From the NCBI GenBank assembly GCA_028534125.1, contig CM052816.1:41480001-41544000 (forward strand): 64,000 nucleotides of DNA, written 5' to 3'. Below are positions 1 through 16,390 of this stretch, piece after piece. The position numbers and the translations under genes were made by a program. Under the pieces are notes generated by a model that was not told where the DNA came from, searched no databases, and saw only the letters and a program-made list of their open reading frames with translations. Source of the stretch: Lama glama (taxonomy: Eukaryota). The first letter of the stretch is position 1, and the number at the start of each line of letters is the position of its first letter.

Positions 1-764
1 TTAAGGCAAAGCTTTATGTAGTTCTTACTTATTTAGTTTGGCCATTTTATTGACTGATTTTAGGTATTTTATTTTTCATACCACTGAATGTTTACTTACT
101 TGCTTGTTTCATATGCATTTGACTTCAGCAGCTTTAAAATTTTCTACTTTTTGTACGTTTTACTACCTGCATATGAGATTTCACTATTTTAAATATTTGT
201 GACAAAAGCTGTGGTATTGGAAAAATTTCATTTGTTTATTAAAATTTTAATTTTGAAGTGATTTGAAATTACAGAAAAGTTGCAGGAATAGTACCAGTAA
301 CTTTGCCCAGATGTACTAATTTTTACCTTTTTGCCACATTTCCTTTTTATTCTCTATATGTATATATACGCACATGATATGTGTAGTACGTATTTATTTT
401 TCCTGAATTATTGAGAGTAAATTGCAAAAATCATGCCCCCTTTTGTGTATTTGTATTTGTATTTGTGTAATACTTAAGTTTATATTTTCTAAGAACAAAG
501 GAATTCCCTTACATAAGCCCTGTATAGTTACTAAGTTCAGGAAATTTTACATTAATATAATACTTTAATCTTTAGTCTATTCCGGTTTGGTCAGTCATCC
601 CAGTCATCTTTCAGTACAGGGTTCAGTTTAAAATTAAATACTGGATTTGGTTGTCATGTCTCTTTAATCTTCTTTAATCTGAAACATTTCCTCTTTCTTT
701 GTCTTTCATGACAAGCATTTTAAAGGCCATAGGCTAGTTATTTTATTGAATATATTTTTTTAAT

Positions 765-931
765 ATACTTTTTTTGTTTCTTTTCTTTCGGGGGGGCAGT
801 ATTTTTGTTTATTTTTTGGCAGGGAAGGGTAGTTAGGTTTATTCATTTATTTTCTAATGGAGGTACTGGGGATTGAACCCAGGACCTTGTGCATGCTAGG
901 CAGGCCCTCTACCACTGAGCCATCCCCTCCC
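765..931 (-). mobile_element. tRNA-Ala-derived SINE (Vic-1-like)
   Basis: Reverse complement gives GGGAGGGGATGGCTCAGTGGTAGAG...GGTCCTGGGTTCAATCCCCAGTACCTCCA (A and B boxes) plus an A-rich tail; short flanking repeat aatatattt. Confidence 0.85.
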
Positions 932-1639
932 TAAATATATTTCTTAATTTAGGTTTGTCTTTTTTTTTTTTATGATTTGATCCAATTTATGCATCCCCTG
1001 CACTCTGCATCCCCTAGCTGGAAGACTGTGTGAGTGATGATAATGCCTTTCACAAAGGTATCAAATTGAGAGGCTCATAATGTCTGTCTGTCCCTATTGG
1101 TGTTACTAGTTTTGACTGCCAAGATAGGGTGATTGTTTTTTCTACTGCAGTTTCTAATTTACCTATTTCAGCTAATAAGCAATTCATGAGAAGATGCTTT
1201 GAGACTACACAGATAATCTTACTCACCGAAATGTCCCACTTGATTTAGCATCTTATGGTGATTTTTATTTGAACCAATATTTTCTATGATGATTGCAAAA
1301 TGGTAATTTTCTAACACTACCACCCTGTTCACAATTACTGGTTGACATTCAGAATTCTGTCAGAGCCCTCCTATGAAATCTGTCTGTCTTTCCTACCTGC
1401 CTTCCTATCATCAGCATGGACTTGAGGATTCCTGTTTTATTTACTGGGTAATAATCTCTTATTGTCTGTTTTGATACTCAAATCAGATTTGGCCAATGGA
1501 AGCCCATTCAAGTTGACTTTTATATAAAGTTTTGTTTTTCTTCGTTTTTTGTTTTTTAAGTATTTTGTTCTTTGGCACAGCAAGGTTGTTTAGGTTCATC
1601 TTGCACCTTCCTTGACCCAGCTTCGAATTTGCCATTTCT

Positions 1640-1821
1640 TTTTCTTTTCTTTTTTTTAATGTATATATATTTTATCGAAGTATAGTCTACAATATGTCAA
1701 TTTCTATGTGTGCAGCATAATGCTTGTCATACATGAACATACATATATTCGTTTTCATATTCTTTTTCACCATAAGTTACTTCAAGATACTGAATATAGT
1801 TCCCTGTGCTATGCTGTATAT
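1640..1821 (-). mobile_element. 5'-truncated L1 3' end with TSD
   Basis: poly-T then gaagtatagtc...tgaatatagttccctgtgctat; TSD aat(t/c)tgccatttct at 1626-1639 and 1822-1835. Confidence 0.75.
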
Positions 1822-1959
1822 AATCTGCCATTTCTCAAGGGACTCCTAGTTTACTTAAGTGTGGATTTGTTTTTAGAAATCAAAATCTGGGTGCTAGGTG
1901 ATAATAAATTTAAAACTTGAAAGAGATATATACATGGGTTGATAAATAGCAAATCAGAA

Positions 1960-3930
1960 GATACACTGCCATAAATACAAAAAGATACATGCAGTGGACC
2001 ATTTTTTGTGTTACTGTTTGTGTATCAAAAGACTGGAAACAGCATATTTATCTTTGAGGGACAGGTTGAAATTGTGATATATCTATCAAATGGGGTATAT
2101 GTAGTTGCATAAAGGAATGGGAAATATATCTATTCCTGCACTGCTGTGGAATGATCTCCAGGATACAATGTGTGTATAACACGACATCATTTATATTAAA
2201 CTGTAAATATGTGAGTAATCATTTGTGAAAGGGGAATATAAACATACTCTTATTCATAATTTGCTTATATTAAAAAAGGGAAAATAAATGAAAAACTTAA
2301 AAAAATTACTGGAGAGAGAGAGAGGACATGGTATAGAGAAAACAAGGATGGAAGCTGAATTTTTACTATAACTTTTGAGCTCTGAAGTTGGATCTGAGTA
2401 AATAATAAACCAACGTTAAATCAAAGTGAATAAAAAGCAGTCCCTAAAAATGAAAGCAAATTATGCTAATTAAACCAAATTGGTGGCCATGCAGAAATGA
2501 ATTAGTTTAGTTGACTCAAAGCAATAATTTGATTGTGGGGCTGAGTATTCCTGAAGGCCAAAAAGAATTTAAAGAAATCTTAACATTTAGTAATCGTATA
2601 ATAATGGTATTGTTACTGTGAAACTAGAATGTATATTCTAAGATACAGCAAGTAAAATAAATGAAATGCCTGAATTACAGTCTGAGGTGAGAAGTACACA
2701 AGATGAGCCTGGTTCATCTTGTCAGACCAGAAAGAGGAAACTGTCAAAGATGACTTGAGGTCATATCAGAAGGATTCAGGAATTAAGAAAGGGTTTTCTG
2801 CTCACTTAAGATGGGACGATTTGGACAAATTATCAACGATAATAGACTGTTAAAACTGATAATTTCAAATCCATGGATTCATAATGAGACTTAGAAAATT
2901 ACCGGTCTACTCTGAAAGGATGCTAGGAATTTAACTCATTTTGAAAGCTGGAAAATAAGGAGAAGAAATGAAATCCCTCTCAGATATGAACTGTATACCT
3001 CAAGGTTAACAAATATGATGAGGGAAAGTTTCTCTTTATAAAAATACTCCACCTATTAGTGAAGAAATGATATATTTGGTAAATAATGATATAATATCAC
3101 TAGTTTACTGCCTCTGAATATATAGTAGATGAAGCCATATGATCAATTACTACATTACATATAGGGCTGAAAACATTACATATAGGGCTTATGAGGAACT
3201 GTATAATGGAAGGATAAAGCTGAACATAACTGAACACACAGATTGAACTTAACCTCACGCAAAAGGAGACAACCAAACATTGTTTCTTCCATTTGAAGCC
3301 CACAACTCTTAAAAAACATTCTTGCCTAGAAAAACTGAACTTAAATCTGAGCCTCTAGATCTAACAGTTTACAAGAAATACAAGGGAAAGAAAAAATATG
3401 TTAAATAATACCACAGGGGTACAGTCAGCAAAATCTGGAAAGCCGGAAGAGTCTACAGAAAAAATTACCTAATTCTTCCACAAGATAAATTGCAAGAGAA
3501 AAAAAAAGGAGGGAGAAGAATCTGTCAGATTAATGAAAAAGACTTAAGAAAAATGTGACTCAAGTGCAATGTGTGAACCTTGTTTGGATTCCCATTCATA
3601 GGCAGTGAAGAAACAAAATCAACTAAAGGGATAAACTGAAGTGGGTATTTAATATTTACTTTAATATTTAATTTTAAGGAGTAGGTGATTTTTTACAAGT
3701 ATGATACTAGTATTGTTGATGTTTAAAAATACTTTGTTACTTGTTTTACATGAGTACTGAAATGAAATGTTTATGGATGAAATTTTAATATGTTTGAGAT
3801 TGTGTGTGTGGGAATCTGAGTTATTTAAAACAAGATTGGTACGAGTTGATAATTGTGAAGCTGGTTGATAGATTATATATAGTTACTTGTTATATAGCTC
3901 TCTTGTTTTTATTTGAAATTGAATATAAAA
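1960..3930 (+). mobile_element. Degenerate ancient L1 (ORF2 end/3'UTR) fragments
   Basis: A-rich; motifs such as aaaagactggaaac and caagtgcaatgtgtgaaccttgtttggatt typical of L1M 3' regions. Confidence 0.45.
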
Positions 3931-6838
3931 ACAAACGTGAAAAGACTAATTTCAATTGTATATATGTTTTAAATATGTTATTTCTACTCAATTTACCTTA
4001 AGAAAACTATAATTTTATCAAAATACCCATAAACATGATGGTGGGTTTTCTTTTGTAAGTTGAGAAAGATGAGGAAAAGAGTTCAGTGTTTTTAATAATC
4101 TACCACCTTATTACTTTTGTACTTGTGGGATTTAATATACTTAACAAGGATAACTCTTTTAAGTGCTATACAGATACTTAACGTTGTATAAAAAATCAGT
4201 GGTATCGGTTACTACCTAAATAAAATGTTATTTAAGGGTTAGAAATATTTCTTATAGCCAAACTATGTTTGTGAATTTAAGGATCTGTATCCATGGATAT
4301 CTTTGATTTGTTTGCTTGTGTATATATCCATCCACACATCAGGCATATACACTGAGTTCATTTAATGCTCAGCATTTAAAGAACAAGTAAAAATCCCAAC
4401 ATTCTAGGAACATGTGGTGGAATACCAAAAAAAAGAAAAAGAAAGAAACAGAAAACTACAGTGATTATTACATAGTATGCATGCAGCCAAGATAGTTATA
4501 GGTACAGGATGTTGTGGGAATGCTGAGGGAAGTACCCCTGATATAATTTGGGGTAGATTTAATGTTGGAGTCAGGGGAGATGGGTTGAAAAAAAAAAGAG
4601 AAGTAATTATACAAAAGCAGGAAGTGGAAAGAGAAACTCTCAAGAGAATTACAAGTAGTTTACCACCCCTAGAATTAAGAGTTTAAGTGGGAAACTGGCT
4701 AGGGATAGGTTGGAAGAGATGAATTTCTGAAGGACCTCATAGGTGTCCAAACTTTGTTACAAAAACACTGAAGACTTATAAAAAGAAAGTTAGGCCATGT
4801 TAGATTTTCATTCTAGAAAAAACATGCAGCAGTGGGCTGAAATAGAATAATTCTAATACCTAAGGTAAAGACATTTTAATAATAAACCCTATTATGCCAT
4901 TAGAGTAGCCCAGACGCAGGCTGTTTGCATTTATCTCCGGCCAGACTACTACTTTCTAAAGAGCCTGAAAGGAAAGATTCCTACATTCACTTAAGAATTC
5001 TGATTTATTAACAAGGAATTTTGACTAGCTATTCATCTGGAACGACTAATCAACATACAGTTAAGAATGTAGGCACATGATAGCCCTTCAAATCCAATCA
5101 TTGATCCATCTACTTTTCGAGTATTTATTGAACACCTGCCTGTGTAAGGTACTCTGGAAAATAAAAACAGTACCTCAAGAACCTTATAAGCAGTTAAAGT
5201 GAAGCCCTTCTGCTTAATTCTTCTTTCTTAAAGGATTAACATCTTCACTTTCTTCTAAAAGTGTTCCCCAGTTACTGTACCAAACTTGTTTATATCTTCA
5301 TTGCTCCCCATATCCCTGGACCAGTTATCTTGAACATAGCACATCATGGTATTTATTGGTTGACACGACTGTCTCTCCATATCAGGTTAGAAGTTCTTTT
5401 AATGGTGAAAGCTTTGTCTCAGTAAGTAAGACTCAGTCTTCCCAGTGCATAACACGCGACCGTTCTTGGTAAAGTTTCTTAAATAAATGGTAGATGTCTT
5501 TTACCTAGTGGGTTAAAGGAAAAACAAAATTGTGTGTCAGGAAAAGTATTTTTCTCTAATATTCTTGCTCATATTTCAAGGGACCTGAGTAAAATATAGC
5601 AATTTTTGTTTTGTTTCTTAATTAAAAGGCACTATGCTGTTTTTGAACCTTGTGACTAGTGGGTAGAAACTGTTGGAAAAATGATCTTGACATCATAGAC
5701 TTTTAAGAGGCAAATTTTTGTTTCTGTGAAGAAAAACATTCCACTAGATTCCCAGATTTTAAAAATAGATGTTTGTTCACACTTTAAGCATTTTAATTTA
5801 TATCTAAGTTTTGGAATCAGAAGTCTTCTTGCAGACTTTTGTGTCTATTTCCATGTAGAAACTGTTAACTCCTTGCTCTTGAAAAGGCGAAATTACTTTT
5901 AGAAAGGGGTTACTTTTTAGTATTGCAGTCTGTTTTCTTGGAGTAATACCTCCATCTGGTGGTATTTCTGAAAATTACAGCAGAGGACCTGAAGCTTGGG
6001 TTTTGTTGTATAGACATAAACTACGTTACCTGTTGTTTCTCACAGAGCTGGATGAAATTACATCAAAAGCTTAGTGTACCATGTATTTAAAAAACTTAAT
6101 GCCCTGGTTTTCAACAATTCAAATGTAAACACTATGGGAACAGATGGCCCTCAGGATTACACAATCAATCACTTAGACCAGACTATTTCTGGTCTACCTT
6201 GGACTGAAAATTAGTACTGGAGAATGAGTTAGTTTCTCAGTTAACTATTTATTGCTTTCACATGTGTGTTTATAGCAGCTAGGAATGATTGTGAAAACTT
6301 GCTATTTCAAATTTATAACTGAGGAACCATAACAGATTCAATATAATTTTCTGAGAAGCAATTACTGATCTTATTTTTTAGTAAATTGTATATTATCATA
6401 GCTCAGTTATAACATGCAGCATTCCTCTGGGATGGTGACAGAAAACAGATGTAAACTTGAAAACAAGTTGAAACTACAAATAAATTTGTTTTCTACCTTT
6501 TACTATGAGGATATTTAACATTTAACCTTTTCTTCACACAATTTCTACTTTAGCCTTTTAAGAATAGGGATTCTGACTTAGACCTCTTGTCGTCCCAAGT
6601 TTCTAGATCAAGATTCTGTGCTTGGTAGGTTTTGTTCATTATCTTGGAGGAAGACTGTAATCTGATTGCTTATGTTTTAGCCAAAACTGTACTAAGTCTT
6701 TTAAGTTTGTCCATTATTACTGATTAACATTAATTTCTTTTTCTTTTTTTTTTTTTTTGGCTGTAGAAAGCTAAAATATGAAATAAAGTTTGATGATTTG
6801 AGCTTTCTGCTGACTTAAGTAAACTAAATTTTTAATGA

Positions 6839-7129
<291 letters not shown>

Positions 7130-7310
7130 TAGCATTGGTTTAGAGCATTCTGAATCTAGATTTTAGAAAATGTTAATTTTAAACATTAAAATACACTTTC
7201 AGTGATTCTCAAATTGTGGTTAAATACCTGTGGACTAATTGTTTTGGAAGAAGAGCAGTCTGTAATTATAAAACAAGTACAGAATAAACACACACACAAA
7301 TACAACTGTC

Positions 7311-7436
7311 TTTTTGGGGGGCTGGGGGTAGGTAATTAGGTTTACTTATTTATTTTTAGAGAAGAAACTGGGGATTGAACCCAGGACCTCATGCACACTA
7401 AACATATGCTCTACCACTTGAGCTATACCTTCCCCC
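7311..7436 (-). mobile_element. tRNA-Ala-derived SINE (Vic-1-like)
   Basis: ggggattgaacccaggacctc...ctaccacttgagctatacc with the shared tail motif ggtaattaggttt. Confidence 0.85.
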
Positions 7437-8194
7437 ACAACCTTCTCTTTTGAGGCAGAAATTGTTTCATAAATATTTAGTATCTTATGGAAAAAAATTA
7501 AAGGCTTTGTGGTTTTTTTGTCAGTCTTACAGTATCTAATCTCTACTGTCAAGATGTTCAAAAGAGATACTTTATTGCTAATAGAGGAATTTAATAGAAC
7601 TCTTCTTCCTTGAAGATACATAGTGCAAGTAGGCTGTTTGATAAAAGTTACTGTAAGATTTACTAGAACTGGTCTGTACTTCAGAGTAGGGTTACTTAGA
7701 GTACCAGTCATGATAAGATGCTTGGGCCAGAATATAAATGAACATTCAGCTTCCTTCATGAAGGAAATCTAGGACCAACAAAAAAAAAAAGTCAGCTGAA
7801 CTCAAACTGTGCTTAGTTACATAGCTGATTTGCATCCTGACTCAAGTTCTTCATCTTCACCTCACACCAATTAAAAAACAGCCACACTCAGAGTAGCACT
7901 GATGTTGCACATTGGTTTTGAGAATAGTAGTCTTGGACAGCAAAGAGCATATTGATTAATATTGTCTGTCTGTGAAACTCAGCACAACATAAAGTATTTA
8001 TATACAATGAAAGCTCAGCATTTTATTTTAATTGTATTACAGTAATACTGTATTTCATATAATGTGAGTAAAGAATACAGTGTTAACTTACTAGGAGGCA
8101 GTGAAAATGTTGGTGCTGCTTTTCAGTAAATTAAAACCTTTTCTCAGAATTTTCTCAGAATTTCATCTTTTATTTATTTATATTTCTATTATAG

Positions 8195-8323
<129 letters not shown>

Positions 8324-9566
8324 TGAGAAAGCTGTTAGCTTAAAAGTAGACATGATGCCCAATCACTTAACTGGGTAAGTATTTATGAAATTATTAGAAA
8401 CAGTATGGGTTTTGGAACAATAGGAAATAGTTTTATTTAATATGTGTATCAAGACCCTTGAAAGGTGGAATTATTTTTATCCCAATTTCCACTTTTAGGG
8501 ATTAATCCAAAACAAGCAATGGAAATTTGTTTGCATTTGCTCATCACAGCAAAACTAGAATTTCTAAACTAAATGTGAATACTAGGGAAATAAACGTACA
8601 CAAACACAAACATGTATTCACACACATATATGAATGAAGAAATGTACTGTTAAGTCATATTTGTATAGACGGTTAATAACAATTCTCTACATGCTTTTAA
8701 AAGAATAGGCTTCAGCTATAAACAGTGTAGTTCCTGTGTGCACTTGAGTACACGTGCATGTATGTTTGCACAGAAACATTCAGGAAGAAAAGCAGGTTTC
8801 CTAGACTACCTGAAAGTAGAGTATTCCTTTCCTAAGCCAAAATGGTGTAAAGCAAAGAAGCATTTATGTTAGAACACATCTTACTAATAGATGCACAAAA
8901 TAAATGGAGATAAAGCACAGATGACCACAGGTGCAGTTCAAAATTATGGCAGCTTGATGCTGAGATGCTGAGTGTAGTTACCGGGAAAGGAGTTTGAAGG
9001 TGCCATTCTCACTGCTCTGCATGTGTGCTACCTCTGTAACAGCTTGCTGCAAAACAAATGCTGAACGCTATTTTTGCCTTTTGTCTATTTTCGTAGAAGT
9101 GAACATTTTCTTCAGGTTTTTTTCATTTAGTGAAAACAGATACTAATGTAGTTTTTTTTTTTTTTAAAGCAGTGGTGTAAATCTACTTTCAAGAAGTGGG
9201 GGATATTTGTGTATCAAAAACTGCCTAATGAGGAAGAAAAATATTAAGTCAAAATTTGACATACCAACAATTAGGATTCCTTTTTAAGGCTGTACCAGGC
9301 AACAATAATGTTCTCCAGAGATGGTAGATTTTAAGATTTTATACAAAATGCTGACATTGTGATGTTTACCTTCCTTCACTGGCCGTGTTATAAATTTATG
9401 ATAAAAATATTATTAATTATGTGCTAATTAATGGTATAAATAGAACATGGAAAAAAGAGGCTTTACAGTTACTGTTATTAGCAAGTTAATGCTAAATAGT
9501 ATATAGCAAGCAAAAATTTATTATAGTTAAATTCGAATCATTAACTAACTTAATTTTTCTTTATAG

Positions 9567-9631
9567 GATTCCTCTAGCAGTGAAGATTCTGATGACTCAT
9601 CGAGTGAGATCAAAAGGAAAAAGCATAAAGA
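9567..9631 (+). CDS. CHD1: CHD1 exon (DSSSSEDSDDSSSEIKRKKHK)
   Basis: ttatag|GAT TCC; AAA GA|gtatgc; 65 nt. Confidence 0.95.
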
Positions 9632-9849
9632 GTATGCCATTTTTTCAACTGATCACTTTGATATCAAGAAAATCCTAATGTTTTTGTGTATCTTCCTTTA
9701 TGAACAGTTCTTGCCAAATGTGGACTTTTGTAAATTCTTGTTCATGACATTTATTAGATTTATTTAAATTGTTAATTTCTAGCAGTTATTTTTCTGTAAC
9801 TACCTGAATTTTTTATGCCCTTATCTTCCTATAACTCCTTTCCCATATA

Positions 9850-9948
9850 CATACATACATACATATATATATATATTTAATGGAGTTAGTGGGGATTGAA
9901 CCCAGGACCTCGTGCATGCTAAGCACATGCTCTACCAGTACCCCTATA
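9850..9948 (-). mobile_element. tRNA-Ala-derived SINE (Vic-1-like) with tail decayed into (TACA)n(TA)n
   Basis: Same B-box core; flanking repeat cccatata at 9842-9849 and 9949-9956. Confidence 0.8.
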
Positions 9949-11337
9949 CCCATATATTTTTAAATGTCAAAGACCTGCTTAGTCACTATATCTCTTGTCT
10001 GGTTATTCTGCACTTTCACTTTGTTATCCTAACTTTGGATTTGTTATTTATCCTACTTTATGACTTTACCTTATGCATCTTTAATGTGAAGATTCATATC
10101 TTTTACTAGTTTCTTAGAATTTAGTCGTCATATCTCTAGACATTTTCTCTTTCTCATTCCGTAAATCTCTGTTACTATTTTTAATAGATATATTTTGTAT
10201 TTGTCTTATTGGATCATATCTATTGCATATATCTGTTGGATCACCCATCCTATCCTCCATGAATCTTTTTGTATCATGTTTTTTATCCTTTATTGCTATG
10301 CTACATTCTGGCTGATTTCTTCAGATCTGTCTTCTTATTTACTAAGTGCATTTTCAACTACTATGTCTCATTAGATGTTTAACTTTTACCCTGAGTTAGG
10401 AACTTCTAAACTCAGCAGGATGCAAGCAAAGAATGTTTTTAAAAGCAAGAGTCATTTGGGATGATGGACAGATTTGGTTGGATATAAAAAATCATTTTAA
10501 CTTTTATTGTAAAAATATAAAATGGAGACTTTTCATATATCCTGTCTATTCTACTTCTAATATGCAAACTCTGAAAAAAATTTCAAGATGAAGAATTTGC
10601 TTCTCCATTAAATCATAAACCATACTTTATCATATGCTTGCTTACATAACCTCTAATATAGTTGTAATTGGTGCAAGAGATGGAGAGCAACAGAGTAGGA
10701 ACAGTAGCTGTGAGACAGGGTGTAATGTATCTATAAGAACTTGACGTGTATTTTTCATTTGAAGTTTATATTATAGCAGAATATTAACAGTGCATCCAGT
10801 ATTTTTTCTTTACATATTGATTGGAGTTAAATAGACTAAAAATAGCAACAAAGGTAAGGTAATCATTGAATGCTGATTGAGATGGACTGATTTTAACTTT
10901 TTTGATTCTATATTTTAAGCTTTGTAATGAACATATGTAGTATTTTAAAAGTTATTTTGAAAGGTATATTAAAAATTGTAGTCTCCAGAAAATAAAAATA
11001 AAAGGGATTAGAATCTCATTTTTGAAAGGGCAAGTATAACAATTATAAACAATTTTCAGAATTAAATCCTCTGAGTCTTTAAATTAGTATACTATGTTTT
11101 CATCTGTGGCAGTGTTCAAAATAGGTTTACTTATTTGCCCTTCATTGAGACATAACTAAATGATTTAACAAAAAACTCTAGAGTTATGGGAGAAATCTAT
11201 GAAGAACACTTTCCAGCATTTTTCTTACTTTATAAACATTTTAAAATTGGTGAAAGCAATAGTATTTTTTATATTAACCGGAATATAATTTAGTTTATTT
11301 GATTTTTGTATTTTATTAGAAACAAAATTCGTTATAA

Positions 11338-11514
<177 letters not shown>

Positions 11515-11623
11515 TAAGTATAGTATGTTCCTGGTTTGGTGCTGAAAATTGTTCGTTTTAGAAGGTATTCTTTTTTTTAATTTATAGTTTCTTAAATCTT
11601 GTTTTATGCCAGTGTTTCTGTAA

Positions 11624-12160
<537 letters not shown>

Positions 12161-12529
12161 GAGGTACTCTTTTAAAAAGCGTATTTAGTTTTTGGTTGTT
12201 TGAATAATATTTACTAGAGCAAATTATTTCTTGAATATTTTGAAAGCCTATAGGGTAGAATTCTTTTGTTTTACTTATTTGCTATAAAATATTCTTTGTT
12301 TGGCTTGAATATTTTCTTCCCAGTAAGTATCCATTTGATCTCACTTTATATATTGCAGATATTAGAAAAATTTTAACCTGTGCATTTGAGCTTTTCTGTT
12401 ACCATGCATAAATAAGTAATTGCTATTTAGGTATTTTCAATTTGATAAATGGTTTGATTTAAAACATTTTTTCTTTCATCTTAGATATATAGGTTATTTT
12501 TTGCTTATCTTGACATGCATTTTTTCCTT

Positions 12530-13215
12530 TCAGTTTTATTGAGATATAATTGACAGTCAGGACTGTTTTAAGGTAGACAGCATAATACCTTGACTTACAT
12601 ATATTGTGAAATGATTACCACACACAATAAGTTTAATATTCATCTCATTAGAGATATAATTTTTAAAAATAAAGAAAATTTCCCTTGTAATGCGAACTTT
12701 GAGAATCTATTCTCTTAGCAGCTTTCAGATATGCCACACAGCAGTGTTTACTGTAATTGTTATGTTGTACATTAACATCCCCTGTACCTACTTATAACTG
12801 GAAACTTATGCCTTTTGACTGCCTTCATCATATTCCCTCTCTCTCTAGTAACTACAAATCTGATCTCTCATTCTATGAATTCCTCCTTCTCTTCTTCCTC
12901 TCATCCCTTCCTCCTTCCTTCCCCTTCTTCCTCTGTTTTCCGTATATTAAGTATGGTCACAGGGCATTTGTCTTTCTCTCACTTATTTCACTTAGCATAG
13001 TGACCTCAAGGTCCACTTGTATTGTCACAAATTGCAGAGTTTCCTCTTTTTGTGGTTGAATAATATTCCATTGTATATATGTGTATGTATATGCCAGTTT
13101 CTTTATCCACTTATCTGTGGGTTAAAACTCAGGCTCTTTCCCTGTCTTAGCTGTTATAAGTAATGCTGCAATGAATATGGGAGTGCAGATGTCCCTTCCA
13201 CATAATGATTTCAGA
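12530..13215 (-). mobile_element. L1 3' end fragment
   Basis: ttttattgagatataattgac ... cttatttcacttagcatag ... gctgcaatgaatatgggagtgcagat. Confidence 0.8.
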
Positions 13216-13525
13216 CATAACTTTTCAAAGATGATTTTAAATATTTTAATTTTCAGTTATCAATATACCAGTTATCAGTTATAAACTGCTATATGATCTT
13301 AGGCGTGCTGCTGTGTTTTGACCTTATTTTTCCTAATTTTAAAACTGAGGAGATTAAATTAGATTACCTTTCTGGTCTAAAATGCTGTTTCTCTTATAAA
13401 TGTGTAGTATCGTTTCTCCAGAATTCTTATACCCTATCACCTTCCTTATTTAAAAGAACGTATCTTTTTCTATTTATATTCTTGAATGTTTGAGTTGAAA
13501 GGAGATACTTCTGTAACAGTTTTAA

Positions 13526-13780
<255 letters not shown>

Positions 13781-13952
13781 TAAGTTTTATATTAAAGTTA
13801 AAAACTAATGATGCTTTATTTCTATTCCAGTTTCTTCATTATTCAAACTGGCTCTCATGATAAATGGCACAATGGGAGATTTTGTGCTACAGATGGTATT
13901 TGAGGGATGGATTAGTTAGAGGAGATTTTGAAGTCTGTTTCTGGATTAATAA

Positions 13953-14063
<111 letters not shown>

Positions 14064-14257
14064 TAGTAATAAATTATTCTAATTATACCTTTATCTTTCT
14101 ATGCTTGAAAAAATCTGAAAAAAAGTCTTAAATTTACTGCTTAAACATCAAATACAGTAGCTTGCTCTCACTATAATAGAGTGTTGTAAACCAGATGACA
14201 TATTTTTATTTGTATAGTTTTTACTAAGAATTATTCCTTGTGTAAAATTCAATGTAA

Positions 14258-14485
<228 letters not shown>

Positions 14486-15297
14486 TAATTACTGAAAATG
14501 TATTTATGTCTCATAAATATTACAAGCCCACATAGAGAGTTGGTTCCTGATTTCAGATAGGCTGAAGGTGAGAACTGCTTGGTTGGTAGGTCTTACGGGA
14601 AATGATGTTCCTGTAATTGCTGTGATATCTTAGATGTGATACTGTCTTAACCTTGGTGAGTGAAACTGTTTCAGAAAGATAATAAATTGGTGGTGGTAGT
14701 TGTGGGGAATGGTTTAGGGAGACCAAACAGGGAAAATTCCATGGAAATTAGATGTATATGCTTGACTTAAAATGTAGTCAATATTTTCCTTGAAAGTAGG
14801 AAAGGAAAAGACGGATGTTCCCATAAGAAAGTAAACAGGACTACCTTGCCTAATATTGTAAAGTTATTAAGTGATAGTTTCGGGGTCTATGTACTACTAG
14901 AATTTGTGTTCTTATTACAAGATGGAATTAAATTCATAATGGTAGTTTAGAAATCAGAAACCAAATAGGAATTTAAGCCAGTTTTATGGGTTTTTTTCAG
15001 GTCAGGCCTGGAACAATGGTTAAATGAATGAATTTAATACAGGTTTTACTTTACATAGGACCCAAGTATTTCAGCAAGCATGTACTTACAGCTGTCATTT
15101 TTTGTTCAAAAAAGAGAGCAAAATATGTCATTGGTATATTGTTATAGCAATAGAAAACAGTCTTTGAATCCTCATATATTTTGAATCATGGAATTTCTGA
15201 GCTTGATCATTTGAGATGAAATTTCAGAATTTATGGTAAAAGCTGAGATCTTCATCTTTTAATATAATTTCTTGTGTTTAATAATTCTTCATATTAA

Positions 15298-15444
<147 letters not shown>

Positions 15445-16057
15445 TAAGTATATTTTGAATTGTCTAAGAGGATAGGATAACAATTTTAAAAATAGAGGAT
15501 TTGGAAAAGATTTCCACCAATGTAAAAGAAAAGACTCTTTGGCATTTAAAAGCAGGTCTTTGAGGTTCCCACTGTATAAACAAATACTTAGTACATACTA
15601 AGAAGAAAATCCAGCAGAGTTTAACCTTTTGATTTTTGCAGTACTGAAACAAGTTTTCATTGAACTTAAAATCAGAAAATATATATACTTGATTTCACAC
15701 TAATCCTGGACAGTATTTCTAGTGCCCTTTTAGGCCTCTCTCCTATGTCCCTTACTCTGTTCTTGGCAATGTGGGTGACTAGGGTGTAATTTTTTTTTAA
15801 CTGTACCATAGCTGTAGTTTTATATGGACTCTACCATTTGTAGTAGATGGATTGTGTTCATCTATGTAATTGATTATAGATAATACTGTAAATCTTTTAG
15901 CTGCTTTTGGCCTAAAATGATAAACTTCTCCCTCTTCTCTTATACAGTGGCCTTTACATTTATTATTAACAGTTAATAAAAATGGCATATTTTTATTAAC
16001 TGCCTATCAGATTAATTTATTTAGCTGCTCATATAAATTTGTATATGGGTTATGTAA

Positions 16058-16390
<333 letters not shown>

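Larger units (their letters stand above)
245..1900 (-). mobile_element. Old L1 3'-end fragment (L1MC-like), interrupted by a SINE and a younger L1 tail
   Basis: ttttgaagtgatttgaaattacagaaaagttgcaggaatagtac resembles the antisense L1M 3' terminus; boundaries approximate. Confidence 0.55.

Noticed and set aside
858..931. tRNA-Ala(AGC)-like genes on the minus strand (also ~7360, 9881, 17875, 23060, 33507, 51719)
   Set aside because: A-rich tails, TSDs and scattered mutations in stems and anticodon show these are SINE copies, not tRNA genes
7346..7759. 137-aa minus-strand ORF
   Set aside because: C-terminus is SINE-derived (GEGIAQVVEH...GSIP); the rest has no homology cue
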